Made by a program: the position numbers and the translations under genes
DNA from: Tubulanus polymorphus
Lineage: Eukaryota > Animalia > Nemertea
DNA length: 64,000 nt
Assembly (NCBI RefSeq): GCF_964204645.1
Contig: NC_134029.1
Location: forward strand, 11,620,850 to 11,684,849
Reading direction: 5' to 3'
Notes under the pieces: generated by a model
Seen by the model: the letters and a program-made list of their open reading frames with translations, nothing else
Databases searched by the model: none
Told to the model about the DNA's origin: nothing
Part shown: in pieces, positions 13,486 to 27,890 of the stretch
How positions within the stretch are numbered: position 1 is the stretch's first letter
Layout: every line of letters starts with the position of its first letter

Positions 13486-15491
13486 ATGTGCTGATCGGTA
13501 TTGGTATGAAATGGAGCGACCAGCTATTTCTCTCTCACCCATCGTTATACGCCTAATTAGGATACTCGATGTATTTAATCAAGATCAAGTTTTGGCCCTT
13601 GTCATCATTGGTGCTAGCCCATCCGATTATACAAAGCTTACCACCAATGATTAGGTAACTAACTAGAGATAGTAGTGCTACACATGGCGAGATAAGCAGC
13701 TGCATCCTGCCCTGTGTAAACACAGACCGACTCAGATTGACTGACGAAAAATAACATGTTCGGGGTGTGTAGTAGAAAAAAAGATATAATGAGAAACCTA
13801 AATTGGTTTTCACTGATAAAACAGACATCTCCTCATGCATCCACTCACTACTAGTCAATTTTAAAACCTGTCTTCGACCATATATGGACCTTATGGTCCT
13901 TTTGTTTTAAAATTGCATTGGTACTTAGGCTTATTTTGTTACCACAGTCAATTGCTAAATTGTGGCTTGTGACGTTCACTGATTGTTATGAGTTTCAAGG
14001 TCATTGGTGTCTTTAGATATGTTCACCCGATGGGTATGGATCTTTGAAATTGTTATGTGAAGAAGTGGACATTGTGTCCCTGAACCCCCTAGTTTGCCTG
14101 AGCAGTTTGTAATCCTATCCTTTAGCAGGGTTGTCTCCAATGATATGGGACAAGCCAAAAATGACAAACCAGTCAAACAAACAAAATATCTAACAGTTCG
14201 TTAACGGACTTGTTTAATTAAAGCGCAAGAAGTCGAACAACGATAGCCAAAAGTCGTTGACTACAAAGTACAAAAACAGCGATGATAAGTATGTCATAAC
14301 GAAATAGTTACATTACTAGATTACTATATTAATAATTAAAGACAGAAATACATATTTCAGATTTGTTGTAAGGAAAATGACGTCAAATTATAGTACATCA
14401 AATTTACTACTAATATACAAAAAGTAGACCAAATTTTATGCCTAACTATGCCCAAATGCAATTAGACTTCATACAGAAATGAGAGAATTAACAAATTTGT
14501 GAAACTTTTTTACAAGTATTTCAGCTGTTCCTATTAAAATGAGTACGTCTCTTCTACTGACCAAAGTGTGTACTGACACAACTGTGCGTAAGGCACGAAG
14601 TACATTCAGTAGTAAATGGGTGACAGAACACTACATTATAGAGTAAACTCGACACCGGAATGTGAAATTTCTACACAAACCCAGCAGTCTGGAAACAAGG
14701 GTTATAAATCTTTTGAGGAAAAACCCCTAAAGAGCCAGTTTCTTGTGGCATTCTTTTAGTTGACTAGAAACTTTTGTCCCAGCTATTACGTTCACATGTC
14801 ATCCATCCATCTGTTGACAAAATCTATTTTTGTTTGGGAAATTTTAAAACGCTTTGATGTCTGGTCTTGATATTTGGTTTATGTATCTATCTACCCTAGC
14901 CGCATCTACATCTTATATATCAGGCAGGTAATGGATTAGTTGGTTTTGATGCATCCAGTTTGTTACCACATTTTTGTGTTTTCAATAGGAAGTCAAAAGT
15001 CAGGTCCCTTTGCAAAACAGGAGGGTCATAATTTGTGTCCCCTCATCCCTAGTGTTCCATCAGCGGCTTCCACATTCTTGAAGAAAGAGTGATGCTAAAT
15101 CATTGTGATGATAGGCCTATGTCAAAGCCGATATTGGCCAATCAGCGACACCGTTGTAAAATTCACTTACCAGTTGTATGAGACCCGCAAGGAATTTATG
15201 CTGTACTGGCTGAACTAAGAACTGCAAAAAACTGATCACGGTCCCAGAAACGAAAGGAGGTTGGGAAAAAAATGAGGCAGGTCGTTTATAAATGACAGGA
15301 CAGTCTTGGACCTCTCTCTTATTGATAACACAGCATTCAATTACAAAGTTGTACTTATGACATGTTCTATGATTGAAACCAGGTTCAAGGTCATTGGTTT
15401 TGGTATATGTTCTCCAGGGTAGTTGAATTGTCTGATTGTAATAGGTGATTTTAAAAGGTAATCAAAATTGTTATTTCTCCTCTGTTTCAAG

Positions 15492-15622
15492 GTTATGCAG
15501 TTTGGCTGAGTGGTTATAAAAATGCAGAGAATGTGGTATTTCTTCCCTTTGAGTCGTTGGATCAAGCTAAACCAGTGTATCAAGCTTTTATCAGTTTCTG
15601 GATTTTCATTATATTATTACAG
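15492..15622 (+). CDS. P4-ATPase exon (TM3-TM4 exoplasmic loop), absent from the ORF track
   Basis: tttcaag|...ttacag|gtaaat; translates GYAVWLSGYKNAENVVFLPFESLDQAKPVYQAFISFWIFIILLQ, in phase with both neighbouring exons. Confidence 0.92.
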
Positions 15623-17740
15623 GTAAATATGCCACCTCATGAACCATATGGATTCCAAAATTTGAATTCAGAATAACCTTAAAAAATATATTTGATGACT
15701 GTTTGCATTCTTTATCTCGTCACCTGGAGTTTTTTTTTTACCCTTCAATTAGGTGTAGAACATTACTATAATATTGCAGCTGAGTTTGATTTTGGATAAT
15801 GTAAGTTGTCCAAATGGCCGCCAGGACAATATTTGTTTATAGGTTCAGCTGTCAGATTGGTATTTTGTTTTCAGACAATAATTTGGTTCATATTCATGTA
15901 GGATATATAAGTTTTATGGTACAGTACATTACTGAAATGTCACTGATGAGTTTGATTTTGGACAATGTAAGTTATATTGGTTTGCTAAATCAGTATTTCT
16001 GAGGCTAGAAAATCATTACCGAATGACTTGGTTCATATTGTATAGAATATGATAACATGAGTTCAGTTTTGAATAATTTGATCATCCAAGATGACCACCA
16101 CTGGCACTTAATACATAGAGGAGTTTAAAACTTGGTTTATTTTGTGTGTGATCTTTGAAATTTTTGGAATATTGTACATCACTATGATATCACAGATAAA
16201 TGAGTTCTATTTTGGATACTGTAGGTCTTCCAAGATGACCGCTGCAGCAATATTTGGGTGATAAGCCGGTGTGCTTCGGCAAAGATTGAAAATGCTGTCT
16301 CTGTAAAAGGGCACCACATAACAACAGCCACATCAATGTCCTAAAATAGGATATTTTTATCTTAAAATAGGGATTGTCGCTGTTATTTATTTGGCTGGTA
16401 AATTTCGTTTGATTTTTCGATATGAGTGTCCCTTACAGACCCACCACACCTGCCGGTAGCGAAACGGGGTTTGATTTTGTAATCGAAAATCGAAGTACAG
16501 ATATAGTTGTTAGATCGGCGGTTGAGTTAACAGAATTTTTTGTTTAAATCGAAGTACATAATTGGAAATTCGGTTCCGATTCATTCAAACAATCTTCCAT
16601 TCAGTCTGAACCAGCAAGTGCCTGGTTGGGGTGAATTTTCTTGGCTGCCTAATTTAATACGTCGAGATTTTGGAAATAGCTATATTACAAGGTTAAAGAT
16701 CATTTTGTCCATTTTTGGCGAACCGTAGGTTTGCCTATGCAAACGGTTTGATGAAGCAGTTTTCATTGAAAATGAATAGAGTACCGGTGTGTCAACAAGG
16801 CACAAACATTGGCTGTTGAACCGATTGTGTTGATTTTTGGTTTCATGGTTTGGCTTAATGAGTTCTCGAGCCCACAAAAATTTCATAGTGATCGAGTTAT
16901 TTTTAGGGGACTTATTCTTGAAAAACACGCAAAAACCCTGCTTTTTAGCACTAAGTAATGGCACGTTTTTATATATGACAATTTTCATGCTTGCAATTGA
17001 AATATATGAAAGTTCAATCCTTCCTGGAAGTGTCGCCGTTTTTAGTTCGACTGATCTCAATGTACTTTTCGACCTACAGGCCCTCACTTAATAAACCCCC
17101 TAAATTTCCTCGCTTCTATTTATTTGAGTTGACCTTGTAACCTGAGCTACAATGAATGTGATTGGCTGTTTGTGGGATATACTGGAAATTCCGGGAATTC
17201 AGCGCCTCTGATGTAATTGGGAAAGCCCATTGGGAAAGCCTAATGTGAAACCCAAGACAAAATGGCGAACATTTTATTCGATTAGTATCGTACGTTTGCT
17301 TATAATTTGTTCGTTGATATGAATATAAGCGAGTACGCTATTCAATTCAGTTGCAATTCTGAACTAGCAAGTATGATGATACCAATGACAGGGTTCGTAG
17401 TGGGTCTTCCAAGTCATTTAAGAAAAAAATCATAGCCGGTATTTTTTTTATTTCTAGAAAAAAAAGTCCGTATATGTTTGTATATTTTTGACATTTTGTA
17501 GATGGAGGTATTCTGACTTGTGAAATTACAGTATGGCTGTGTGTGTTAGTAATCACCTGAGCGAGTCTATATATAGCACAGTGACTCGGCAATATACACA
17601 GAACTCTAACACATCCGCAGGCGCATATATTGTCAGCCTCACATCTTCAATCCTAATTAATTTATATTAAGTGTAATATTTTTGACAATATATGCACGAA
17701 ATGATTTAATGGTGAGCCACAGGGCCATTGGACCTTTATT

Positions 17741-18870
17741 GGTTTACCTTTGTCAGCAGTATGAGGTTGGCATTGAGCCAATTCATGTAAAATCGCAGTA
17801 CGTTTTTTTATGTTAACATTTTTTTTTTTTGGTCCTCTGGTTAAACAACGTATAATCGATGCCATTGAAGACATGACGAACCTCCGTCGATGACATGGTC
17901 AACTTTGTTAAAAATCGACGAAAAACTGTTTTTGGCGGTAAAATTCTTAGCTCTTGCGTATAAAATTGCAATGACCTCGATTGGGGGGGTCGTCTCTACG
18001 CGAATGTGATTAGCTGTTTTTGGGATATACAGGGAATTCCCGCGCTACTAGAATAATTATGGGAAAGTCATTAATGGCAAACGTTTCATTGGACTAGGTG
18101 CGGTATATGTGCGAATTTTAGATGCTCATTGCTGATGTGAATATAATCATTTCACATATCGCCATAGGTATTGTTTCATTTTAATACCCGGTGATTGGGT
18201 TGATTGAGATCGAAGTGAAGCGAACATTCTAAACACACAAACACACGCCCATACAGACTACTATATGGTGATGCTGTAAGGCTGCTTTGCGCGTGCACGT
18301 TTGGTATGATAACAGGCTGAATAATCATCGTAGCAGAGGATGAGCGCTGTGTTTTCTGTTTGATAGAATTTATAATAAATTGTAATTTCTTGTGACCTGA
18401 AAATACCAAGCAGCAAACTATAGGTATGGGGTGAGGTCTGAATATTGTAGTGGTAAATTCCAGGATTTAAAACGATCTAATACTACGCCCCGGTGTTTTA
18501 GCTTCCGCGGCCATTCATTGGATGAGGTTTCGTTTCCAAGACTCAATATTCAGCTACCCTCTGATATGTGACATCATATGAATTTTATTTGAATATTTTT
18601 TCATATTGTGAAAAAAATTTTGTTGAAAATATAAAATAGTTTCCCTGCCTTGCCTACCTGTACCCTACGAAATTTTAGATGCAGACCATAAACAAATGTT
18701 TATCTTAGGTCTTATTTGACTACAAAATATTTCTATAAAAAAGATGAAATACAATATAAATTTCTAGAACTTTGAAGTCATGAATTAAAAAGATTTTTCA
18801 AGCAATGCCCTTACTCCAAACAACCTCTAGCTTTCAACGTAAACCACACTTTGCCCACGAGCAATTTATT
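17741..18870 (+). mobile_element. HINE family C copy 1 (about 1.1 kb)
   Basis: 5' ggtttacctt, 3' subterminal IR aa(c/g)gtaaacc followed by palindrome ttgcccatgggcaa (degenerate in this copy); three copies in the window. Confidence 0.8.
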
Positions 18871-19259
18871 ATATTTTTTTGGTTGTTTTCTACGTGTCTA
18901 AAATAGGATGTTAGCTGGGTATCTTAAAGGGCAAATGCCATCAAAAAAGAATATTGTGTAAGAGTTATTTTCAATGTGATATATGTATATTCGAAATATG
19001 AATCGAATTTTAGTTCTGCCATTGCTGAGAAATATGACTTATAACTGGGCAATTTTAGCACGTACTCACTGTTATTGTTTATGCAAACAGGTGCACGTTT
19101 CTGACGTCATCTTTGACAAACGTTCATGGCTTCTATTCATTTCACTAGACATTTCATACAGTACTTTATCCGTTTGGAAGTGTGAATTGATAAACTCTTT
19201 GTCGAGGTGCTATGATTCGCTCTCTGCTATCAACTGTTGAGTAGACCTCCTTCTCCCAA

Positions 19260-19630
19260 TCAAGACCGTTCACCAATGAAGACCGATGTCCAATGTTGAC
19301 ACAGCATGGTTCTCACAGTCTGTTGCCACGATCTCCTGTCCTCGGCCAGCTGTAGGAGGGTGGGTACATCAGGGTTACACCACTTTTTGATATCTAGCCA
19401 CCGCCGTTTCGGCCTTCCTCTTTTCCATTTTCCATTGACAAAGCCCTGCAAAATGGTATTCGCTAACGTACTGGTATTTGCCATGGCTCTTCTTACGTCA
19501 CCAAACCAAGTGAGCTGCTATTTCTGAACCATATCAAGGCCTCCACTATCTCCTCGACCCTTGCGTTTGGAGTGTGACTGGTCCATTGGATGTTTAGGAT
19601 ACGTCCATGGCAGTTCATTTCAAACAGGAA
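19260..19630 (-). mobile_element. RTE-clade LINE 3' fragment
   Basis: LANTILQGFVNGKWKRGRPKRRWLDIKKW...LAEDRRSW, typical of the RTE C-terminus. Confidence 0.8.
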
Positions 19631-19926
19631 TGGATTCAGACACCGTCGCAAAAATCTCATGCTTTTTCCATTTTTTTTTTCATGCCCAAAGTAGAAAAGG
19701 GAACATTTTTACAAGACGAGGTAGATAATTTTAAACAAAAAGCACATAATTCTTCAATATTTTGTCTTTATTACCTGGAAACTACATCTCAAAGCAGTTA
19801 ATTTGCTACAAAACACTTCATGTCAGGACTTAAATTACTTGGAAATCGCAGCAAAAAAGCAGATTTTTTAAAAATTTCAGAATGCCCATTTTATTTTAAA
19901 ATGCCATTTTTGTTGCAAAATGCCCT

Positions 19927-20620
19927 TTTGTAGCCCACTTGGGACTTTAGTCCCAGCAGGCTATTGCGTTCACTTTTTGTCTGTCCGGTCGTCCGTTTGT
20001 AGATGGAATCCAGTTATTTTGGGAAGTTTTGAAGACGCCGCAAGGTAATGTCTTAATATTTGGTTTATACATGTATCTACCCTAGACACACCTTCAGCAC
20101 AAAAATTGGCCTGGTCAGATTCAAGATGGCCGAGTTGCAGGAATTTTTGTTCGCCAAAATCAGGACTTTTACACATTTTTGAAGTTTTTATGGGAAATTT
20201 GCAAGACGCTTTAATCAGTTACCTTGATCGTTCACATATATTTGTATCCCCCAAGTGCCCATGCGCATGAGAAAAATTGGGGCGATCAGACTCAAGATGG
20301 CCGTCCAGTGACCTTTTTTGTGCCCAAAAATGTCAATTTTGGCCTGAACTCTAGCTCCTCTAGCTTCCTAATGGTTTGGCATTTTTCATCGCGATGTGAT
20401 AGGTATTTTCAATCAGTCAATCATCGCGCAATTGGCTGTGTCATCGGTACTCATTCATAGGTGGAAAAAGGATTTTTGAGGAAAATAACAGCAGGTTTGA
20501 ACTTGTAGCCTTCATATTCGATTATTAGCAGTCATAGGATAAATCTCATATGGAATTTGTTTCAATGTCATTGGCTTTTGTATATGGTCACCTGGGTGTT
20601 GAATTGGACGATGTATTAGT
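19927..20620 (+). mobile_element. HINE family A internally deleted copy
   Basis: agcccacttgggactttagtcccag 5' hairpin plus gtcc repeats, as at 46195. Confidence 0.8.
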
Positions 20621-20994
20621 TTTTAGGGCCAGCCGTAGGCTGAGCCTATTACTATACAAATGGAGCGGATTTAAATGACACGGTTATCCAGAGCAAAGGC
20701 TTATTTTAAGATCTAAAATTGCATTTCAAGATCGATTTCTGTGAAATCTTTAGTTGACTTGGCTTTTGGGAGGAATATTTTTATTTGCACTACAGAAAAT
20801 ATCATTGACATTTATGCAATGTCCTGGAAAACAGCTAGCAAGCTAGAAAATCTACTAGCAAGCCTCGATTGCCACAGTAGCACTGTGGGTACCCTGAGCT
20901 CTGAGCTGGGAGTGTATTTTGACAAATATAACCCATAGAATGCATCATTTGCCATTTTATGAAAAGCTGACAGGCTGGCCATAGTGCCCGTTGG

Positions 20995-21590
20995 GGCTCT
21001 TGTTGTCTTTGACGATATATTGCGATCTCGCCAGATTGATTTTAGTCTGCTGAAGGCAGCTGTTGACTTGGCAATCCTCACTTTGACCTCCAATTCGGAG
21101 CTTCTATCCTCAGACTGTATTGCACCAAGGAGGTAAACTCCATGACTTAATGCAGCTCATCTCTCTTTAGGTATGTACAAGTTGTCTCCGTCCTGATACT
21201 AAGGTCTTAGTTTTGCTGCTGCTGATTTCCATGCCATACTTAGTACCTGTTGAGTCAAGGGATGAGATTTGTCTCTGGTTGGCTTCAGAACCATTTAATA
21301 AATCGATATTATTTGCAAAGCATAGATTGTCGACTCTCCTCTATAATCCGTGACCTTTGCTCGAGTAGTGGTCCTGTATAATATTTTCAAGGAACATGTT
21401 ACAGAGGGTGGTGACAATAGATAACCCTGTCGCACTCCGGCTGGTGTTGGGAAGCGAGAGCTTAGTTCATTCCCAAGCTAGACTGTGCATTTGTATGCTT
21501 TGTAGAGGGCTTGTTTTACGTTAATGATGCCTCAGTTTGAACTTCCTCATTGCTGCCCAGAGACCCTCATGCCATACATGATCTAAGCAT
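20995..21590 (-). mobile_element. RTE-clade LINE reverse transcriptase fragment
   Basis: EVKVRIAKSTAAFSRLKSIWRDRNIS; GVRQGYLLSP; decayed FADD motif (FANNIDL); YGMEIS..KTK. Confidence 0.78.
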
Positions 21591-22663
21591 TTTCAGATTC
21601 AGCGCAGCTGAATCTATTAGTATTAAACGGAGTGCTGAATTCGAGTGTGAAATGATTCACTGGCTAAGGTCTGCATTTAGTTGGCTGTTATAACGGCAGC
21701 TAAGTGGCAACTGCTTTTGAAGGCTATTGATGAAGCCTAAATTGGGTAAATTGGCAATTTTATCCCGTTTTTGGGGATTTTAGCGATGTAGTGTGATGTC
21801 ATCTTGATCTACTAACGTAAACAACACGAGTAGAATTGTACAACATTTCCTGTCGAATTTACAAGTAGGCTTTTTATATTTTACTGATACAACATATAAA
21901 ATTCTCCAATGAGAAAACTACAAAAGAAGAAATAAAATTGACAATGATTTTTCATTTGCTGTGATGATAGCGCCCTCGTTTTAGTAACATGTGAAGCTCA
22001 CCAAAATCAAAGAAGCCGTTATCTTTAGATAAAGGATATTCTGTTAATAAAAAAAGATTTGTTAGAAAATATTTGAATTAAAATTAATTATGCATACACT
22101 CGGGATTATCTTGACGAAGAAAACGGTTGTATCAATATGCAGATGAATTTTAAACAATTCTAATTCGCATTAAAAACACCATACATATCGACCATTATTG
22201 TGTAGTATATAGTTGAATTCGAACGCTCAGTTCAGCCGTGGCTGATTCGCTACGATCCCGCCTACATGTGGGAACTATCTTATTGACCGCGGCGTCTTGT
22301 TTGCACTACTGCTTGACGCTAAGGTTTATGAAGAGATGGTTACATAGTGTGGAAGCCGCGATCCGCGCCCTCTCTCATACGGCGTGGTGTAAGCTGCCAC
22401 GGAGGGAACGTTGACTGTGGGCTTCTGTCCGGCGAGTAGATATTGCTCACGTGTACATATTCTCCATGTCGAGCTGGTGCACTGAAGTGTAAAAATAGAT
22501 AAACAATTCAATAGAAAGCCGAACTTGATAAACCCGACCACACAGAAAGAATATTGTTTGTTGTAAAATGTTATGAACTTTAACAGTTCATTCCTAAACT
22601 GCCGGGTCTGATATCGTAAAATATCATTGATTATGGTTTAAAAAAAGTAATATACAAGGTAAA

Positions 22664-23430
22664 GTGCCCAAAAACGTCAATTATGGCCTGAATTTTGAGT
22701 CCTGTAGCTTCCTACTGGTTTGCCATTTCTCATTGCAATTGCTGATGGGTATTCTTTGGAAAGGGATGTTTTATACCTGAGACAGGTATTTTTGATCAGC
22801 CAATTATGACGCAATTGGCGGCCATCTTGGTGTCATTAGTACTCATTCGTAGGTGGGAAAAAGTTTTTCGACATTATATTGTTACCTAAGCATATTTTGT
22901 TACAACAATGAATTAGAAAGTTGTAGCGTATAACGTGTTCTATGATTGGGGTGAGTTTCAAGTTCATTGTTTTTTGTATATGGCCACCAGGGGGCGTTAA
23001 ATAATACAATATCTTAGTATTTCTATATTATATTTGTACCAATACATATTTTGTTACCGCAATCAATTGCAAAGTTGTAGCTCATGACATCATCTATGAT
23101 TGTGGTGAGTTTTAAGGAAATTAGTTATTCTATATGGTCACCAGGGGGCGTTGAATAGTAGAATAACCTGGTATTTCCTTATTATATTGGTACCTAGGCA
23201 TATTTTGTTACCATGATCAATTGCAAAGTTGTAGTTCATGACATGTTCTATGAATATGGTGAGTTACAAGGTTATTGGGTTTTGAATATGGTCACCAGGG
23301 GGCGTTGAATAGTAGATTAACTTAGTATTTCCATATTAGATTAGTAACGAGGCATTTTTTATCACAATCAATTACAAAATCGTAGCTGCTGACATGTTTT
23401 ATGATTGTATTGAGTTTCAAGGTCATTGGT
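22664..23430 (+). mobile_element. HINE family A 3' portion with about 140-bp tandem units
   Basis: Near-identical to 46600-47370; cut at 23430 by another element that starts gatgggtttcgtc-gtca-gacgaacccatc and (gtct)n. Confidence 0.85.
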
Positions 23431-26194
23431 TTTTGATGGGTTTCGTCGTCAGACGAACCCATCTATGGCATCGTCGTCATGTCTGTCTGTCTGTCTGTCC
23501 GTCTGTGGATGTTTCTTTATGACACGATTTAAGCTGTTTGTGTGGACCGACAATTCTGTAATTTCACACTGGTATTCTCTACTTGATGTAGATGGTGCAG
23601 CTTGGTTTATATTTGATTCCGATGGTTATAAGTGCTCTAATTTGGTTAAAAGATAATTAACGTTACTCGCTAGTTCAAGCCGCTGTATAGCGCGTTGCTA
23701 CGACGACGCTCGATCAACATACTGGTACTCGCTGTGTAATACTGAACACGTATATACCTGTATATATTGATCGTGCTAGCACCGGTTTTAGATAGCGCGC
23801 GCGCTGATCGGTCTTAACACTTCTCGGAACTGCTGTGCTAAATGCTGAGAGGCCGAATCTATGCGCAATCATTTATTGGGCTCGTCACATTTGATAGTGA
23901 ATGGATAAATAACCGGTGTCAATGACGGTCGCTACTCCCCATCAGTATAACTCATCAGTATAAGAAATAATTTTTTCGATTTTTTTTTTCAATCCCCGAA
24001 GTTGTTGTTACTATGTTGACCTCGCCGTTTAATAAGCTTACCGATGATTCTTCTAGTATTTTCAGGGTCACAAGACATGACGAAGTCGCAAAGTTTTGTA
24101 CAAATTTCACGAAACAAACAATTATTTAGGCGGCACCTGATCAATTGATTAATTATGATAAATAATGTTTATTTCATTAAAAATTTGTTTTATTCAAACA
24201 CTACTTTCATCGCACATAGCGTGATCGGTAGGCCCTACTATTCTACGGTAGGCCATGGACTCTTTCATGTGGTAGGCCTATTACAAATGATACAACCCGC
24301 GTGTCCGTGAATAAGTGACACGTGGTGACATCGAAACTAATCCGTCACAAATAATAGATAGAAAACAATACCTTAAGAGGTTAACTTTTATTAGCATCAT
24401 TAACAAATCAAAACCTGCACATCCTATCATAAATAGAAATTCTAAGAATTTATTTCAAAGAATAATAAATTACGTCTAAATATTGGGATTCGAACTCGTA
24501 GCATCGATTCAGGTGCCTTTCCCAAAGCGGGTATCCCGCGGGGAAAACCCATTACTATTCATATCGAGAATCGCCTTTTTGACAGCGAGTTCGGTGAATG
24601 AAACAGAAACAATTACACAGAAACCCATCATGGAAAGTTTGTTTCTGGTCTTAATTGAATTGAATTGGTCCGGTCCAAAAGGCGGGTCATTAAAGTTAGC
24701 GTCAGAAAATGTCAGCGTCTGTGATACCTTGTTATCTGTTATCTCAATAGGGTTTTCTGTTACATCACAGAAAACCCTATTGAGATTCGCGTGTTTCTTA
24801 TTATTAGGGTTTTCTGTTACATCACAGAAAACCCTATTGAGATTCGCGTGTTTCTTCTTATTATTATTTTATGTCACACTAATTTCACTAAAAGAACTAA
24901 GGCTTTGTTACCTTGCCGCTGTTGTCGATACAATCCGTATGATATCGTTCAGCTCACTGAGATCTACAAATACTCTGCGTGTTTTTTCACGAATCATCGT
25001 TACAAAAGCACTGTCGGGCAGTAAACATCGAAAATTAAGCCCCATTCAATGAGGCAACATGTTTTTCGAGTCGTCATCCCGAAATCAACCTGCAGGCTGA
25101 TTGTCACTTCGATTATCAATTCAAGTATAAATGAACTAATTTATTGCCGCAGACTTCACATTCAGCCGCAGTCTTCAAACAGTGATTTTAACAATAGCCC
25201 ATTTTCCTCGTCAAATCATATTACCGATACACTGGAAATTTACTACTTTAGATTTTAAAAGCACTGTTGAGCCGTAAACATCGACGAATCGACGTGTGTT
25301 ACTACATCGTCGTTCCGGGGATCAGCTGCGAGTTTCTCCTCATCATGAGAATCAAATCGAGTACAAATTAATTTATTACTACCAGTGATTTGGCTGCGGG
25401 TTTCAAGGAGTTAGTTTAACAAGACCTATTTTTCTTTACCGAATTAACCGTGTATTTACTAAGAAAAATCTTTAGTGTACCGGGGAATCGTAGGCCTAAA
25501 CTAAACACGCCGAACAGATATAGCGGAGAAAAGCTGTTATATCGACGAGGTATCAAAATAAAAGAATATATTACTTTATTCGGCTGCAGGCTTCAACCTC
25601 TATATCAATACCATCAATACTCTATATTTCCTACAGTACATACCGATCATTGTCAAATGCACAAGGGGTTTACTAAATACAAGTATATAACACAATCATA
25701 TCCGTATGCTGGACTCACACTTGACATTCGGAGTGAGCATTGGCTGTGGAGGAAAGGAGATCGTTCGCTGTGTCGCTTGAAGATTTTATCGAGTTTTACG
25801 CGACCTTAAGGCTTAGGCCTACCGGAACTGACCTTTACTGTCTCAAACAAACACAGTATAATTGTTGCGTTTATTAACAGACTCATTGCATTGAACTTCA
25901 AAACAAAATTTATGATATTTAGGAGGGTTGTTATTCAATAGGCCTACGACCAACCTGTCCGGATGTTAGGCCTACGCATATACATAGGCCTACATAGGCT
26001 AGTAGCCTCTAATAGGTTAAAGCTAAGTTCACTGTAAAGGAGGAATCCGATTTATTAAAATGCATGTTAATTAGTGATTAACTGGTTGTGACTTGCAACG
26101 ATCAATAACAATTATCAATTTTATTGGCAAAAATGAAGAGTTTTTTTGAAAATTTCGTCTGAGCAGACAGCTTTATAAGCCTACGTCCGGCTTT

Positions 26195-27480
26195 AAGTAA
26201 CTGCGGAGCCCCAGAAATATCTTTTTTTCGTTCATAAGACCTTTCGCTTGAAAATCCTTTCGTCGGAACAAAATTCATTTCGTTCGAATCAATAATATTC
26301 TGTTCGATTGAACCAATTTGAAAAAATCGTTAGAACAAAGTTGAACAAACTTTTTTTTGTCCAAACGAAAGGTTTTTCGTTCGAACAATCATTCGATCGA
26401 ACAGAATCGTTTTAATTTGAACAGAATTTTCTTGTCAAAAACATTAAGTTTTTCTTTCGAACAAGTATATTGTAAAAAGTATTTTCTCCGAACCAAAAGT
26501 ATTAACTATTTCGTTCAATCGAACAGAATTGTTTTCATTCAAACATTCGCTCCAAAAAAGTTGTTTTCGCTCAACCAAATTTCTTTGCCGGGAAAAAAAA
26601 TTTTTCTTTTCAACAATAACATAGCTTTTTATTCGAACACATTTTTGTCAGAATGAAGAAAAGTTTTGGTTCAAACAAAAAGCGTATTGTTCGATCAAAC
26701 ACAATTGTTTGCATTTGAACAAGATTTTCTTGTGGGAACATTAAGTTTTTTGGTCGAACCGCGTGTTAAGGTCGTTTTGGAAATTAACTCGGACTGGTAT
26801 ATTTTGGATTACTGTGTATGTCAGGACATTAAACAGAAGGCGACTTAGGATATTACTTTGCATGACTCCACTAGTTAGACCGACTTATTCCAAGATTCTG
26901 TTGATTTCGGCTACAAGTTTTCGTTCAGAGATAACTGCTGAGCCATTTGAGCGACCTATCATTGATACCGTTTTCTATTAGCCTGTTTAGTAATGGCTGA
27001 CGTTGAACCTTGCGACTGTCAGCAATGTCAGTCACAAGGAGTCGCACGTGTTCTACTTTCTGCGACGCTACACGACTGTCACAACCGACCTACGCACTCT
27101 TGCGACTGGCAGAAACTAGTCGCTGACAATCGACTTGCACCGAAACTTGCGATGCAACGCTAAGATCGCATCGCGTCACAAGGCCGACCTATCTCTGGCT
27201 TCAAGTTACTGCGGAGCCCCAGAAATATCTTTTTTTTTTCATTCAAAAGACCCTTCGCTTGAAAATTCTTTCGTCGGAACAAAATTTGTTTTGTTCGAAC
27301 CAATAATATTCTGTTCGATTGAACCAATTTGAAAAAATCGTTAGAACAAAGTTGAAGAAACCTTCTTTTGTCCAAACGAAAGGTTTGACAATCGTTCGAT
27401 CGAACAGAATCATTTTAATTTGAACCGAATTATCTTGTCAGAACATTAAGTTTTTCGTTCGAACAAGTATATTGTAAGAA
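26195..27480 (+). repeat. Two direct copies of a gttcgaac-rich transposon end (26195-26760 and 27200-27480)
   Basis: Both start actgcggagccccagaaatatc and are nearly identical over about 280 bp. Confidence 0.75.
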
Positions 27481-27489
27481 GAATCTTAC

Positions 27490-27890
27490 TTGGATAACTG
27501 ATAAGACTTAATGTCCAATAATGTGCACATTCTCTGGCAAAGCCTTTCTTGAGAAGAGGAACTACCATCTATTCACTCCAGTCATCTGGCCACTCGCCTG
27601 TTTCCATCACTTTGTTGTATATTGCTTTGTTCAGCTTCCATGATTTCTGGTTCTGAGTCTTGGTTGCCTTCAGCAGTTTGTTGTCTGAGTTCGTCGAGTA
27701 TAATAATTTTTGCTGTAATCCGGTAGTTGTAAAATTCAGCACAGTACTCTTGCCACTGGTTTAGCACCATTGTCTTCTTAAATGGTCTGGTATGCTGCCT
27801 TGGTGGAGTTCCTGTTGAAGTCTGCTTCGATTGAGATGTATCTCGTCAAGCCACTCCTTCACTCGTTGGACTTCCTTCTTCACTTCCTTA
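27490..27890 (-). mobile_element. RTE-clade LINE fragment (region upstream of RT)
   Basis: VLNQWQEYCAEFYNY...EPEIMEAE; W.E...VPLLKKG-like segment. Confidence 0.6.

Noticed and set aside
18923-18950. TTAAAGGG... start resembling a Kolobok end
   Set aside because: I found no matching opposite terminus.
24483-25052. 189-aa ORF
   Set aside because: No recognisable motif, TTG start, includes a DNA-level hairpin duplication; probably spurious.
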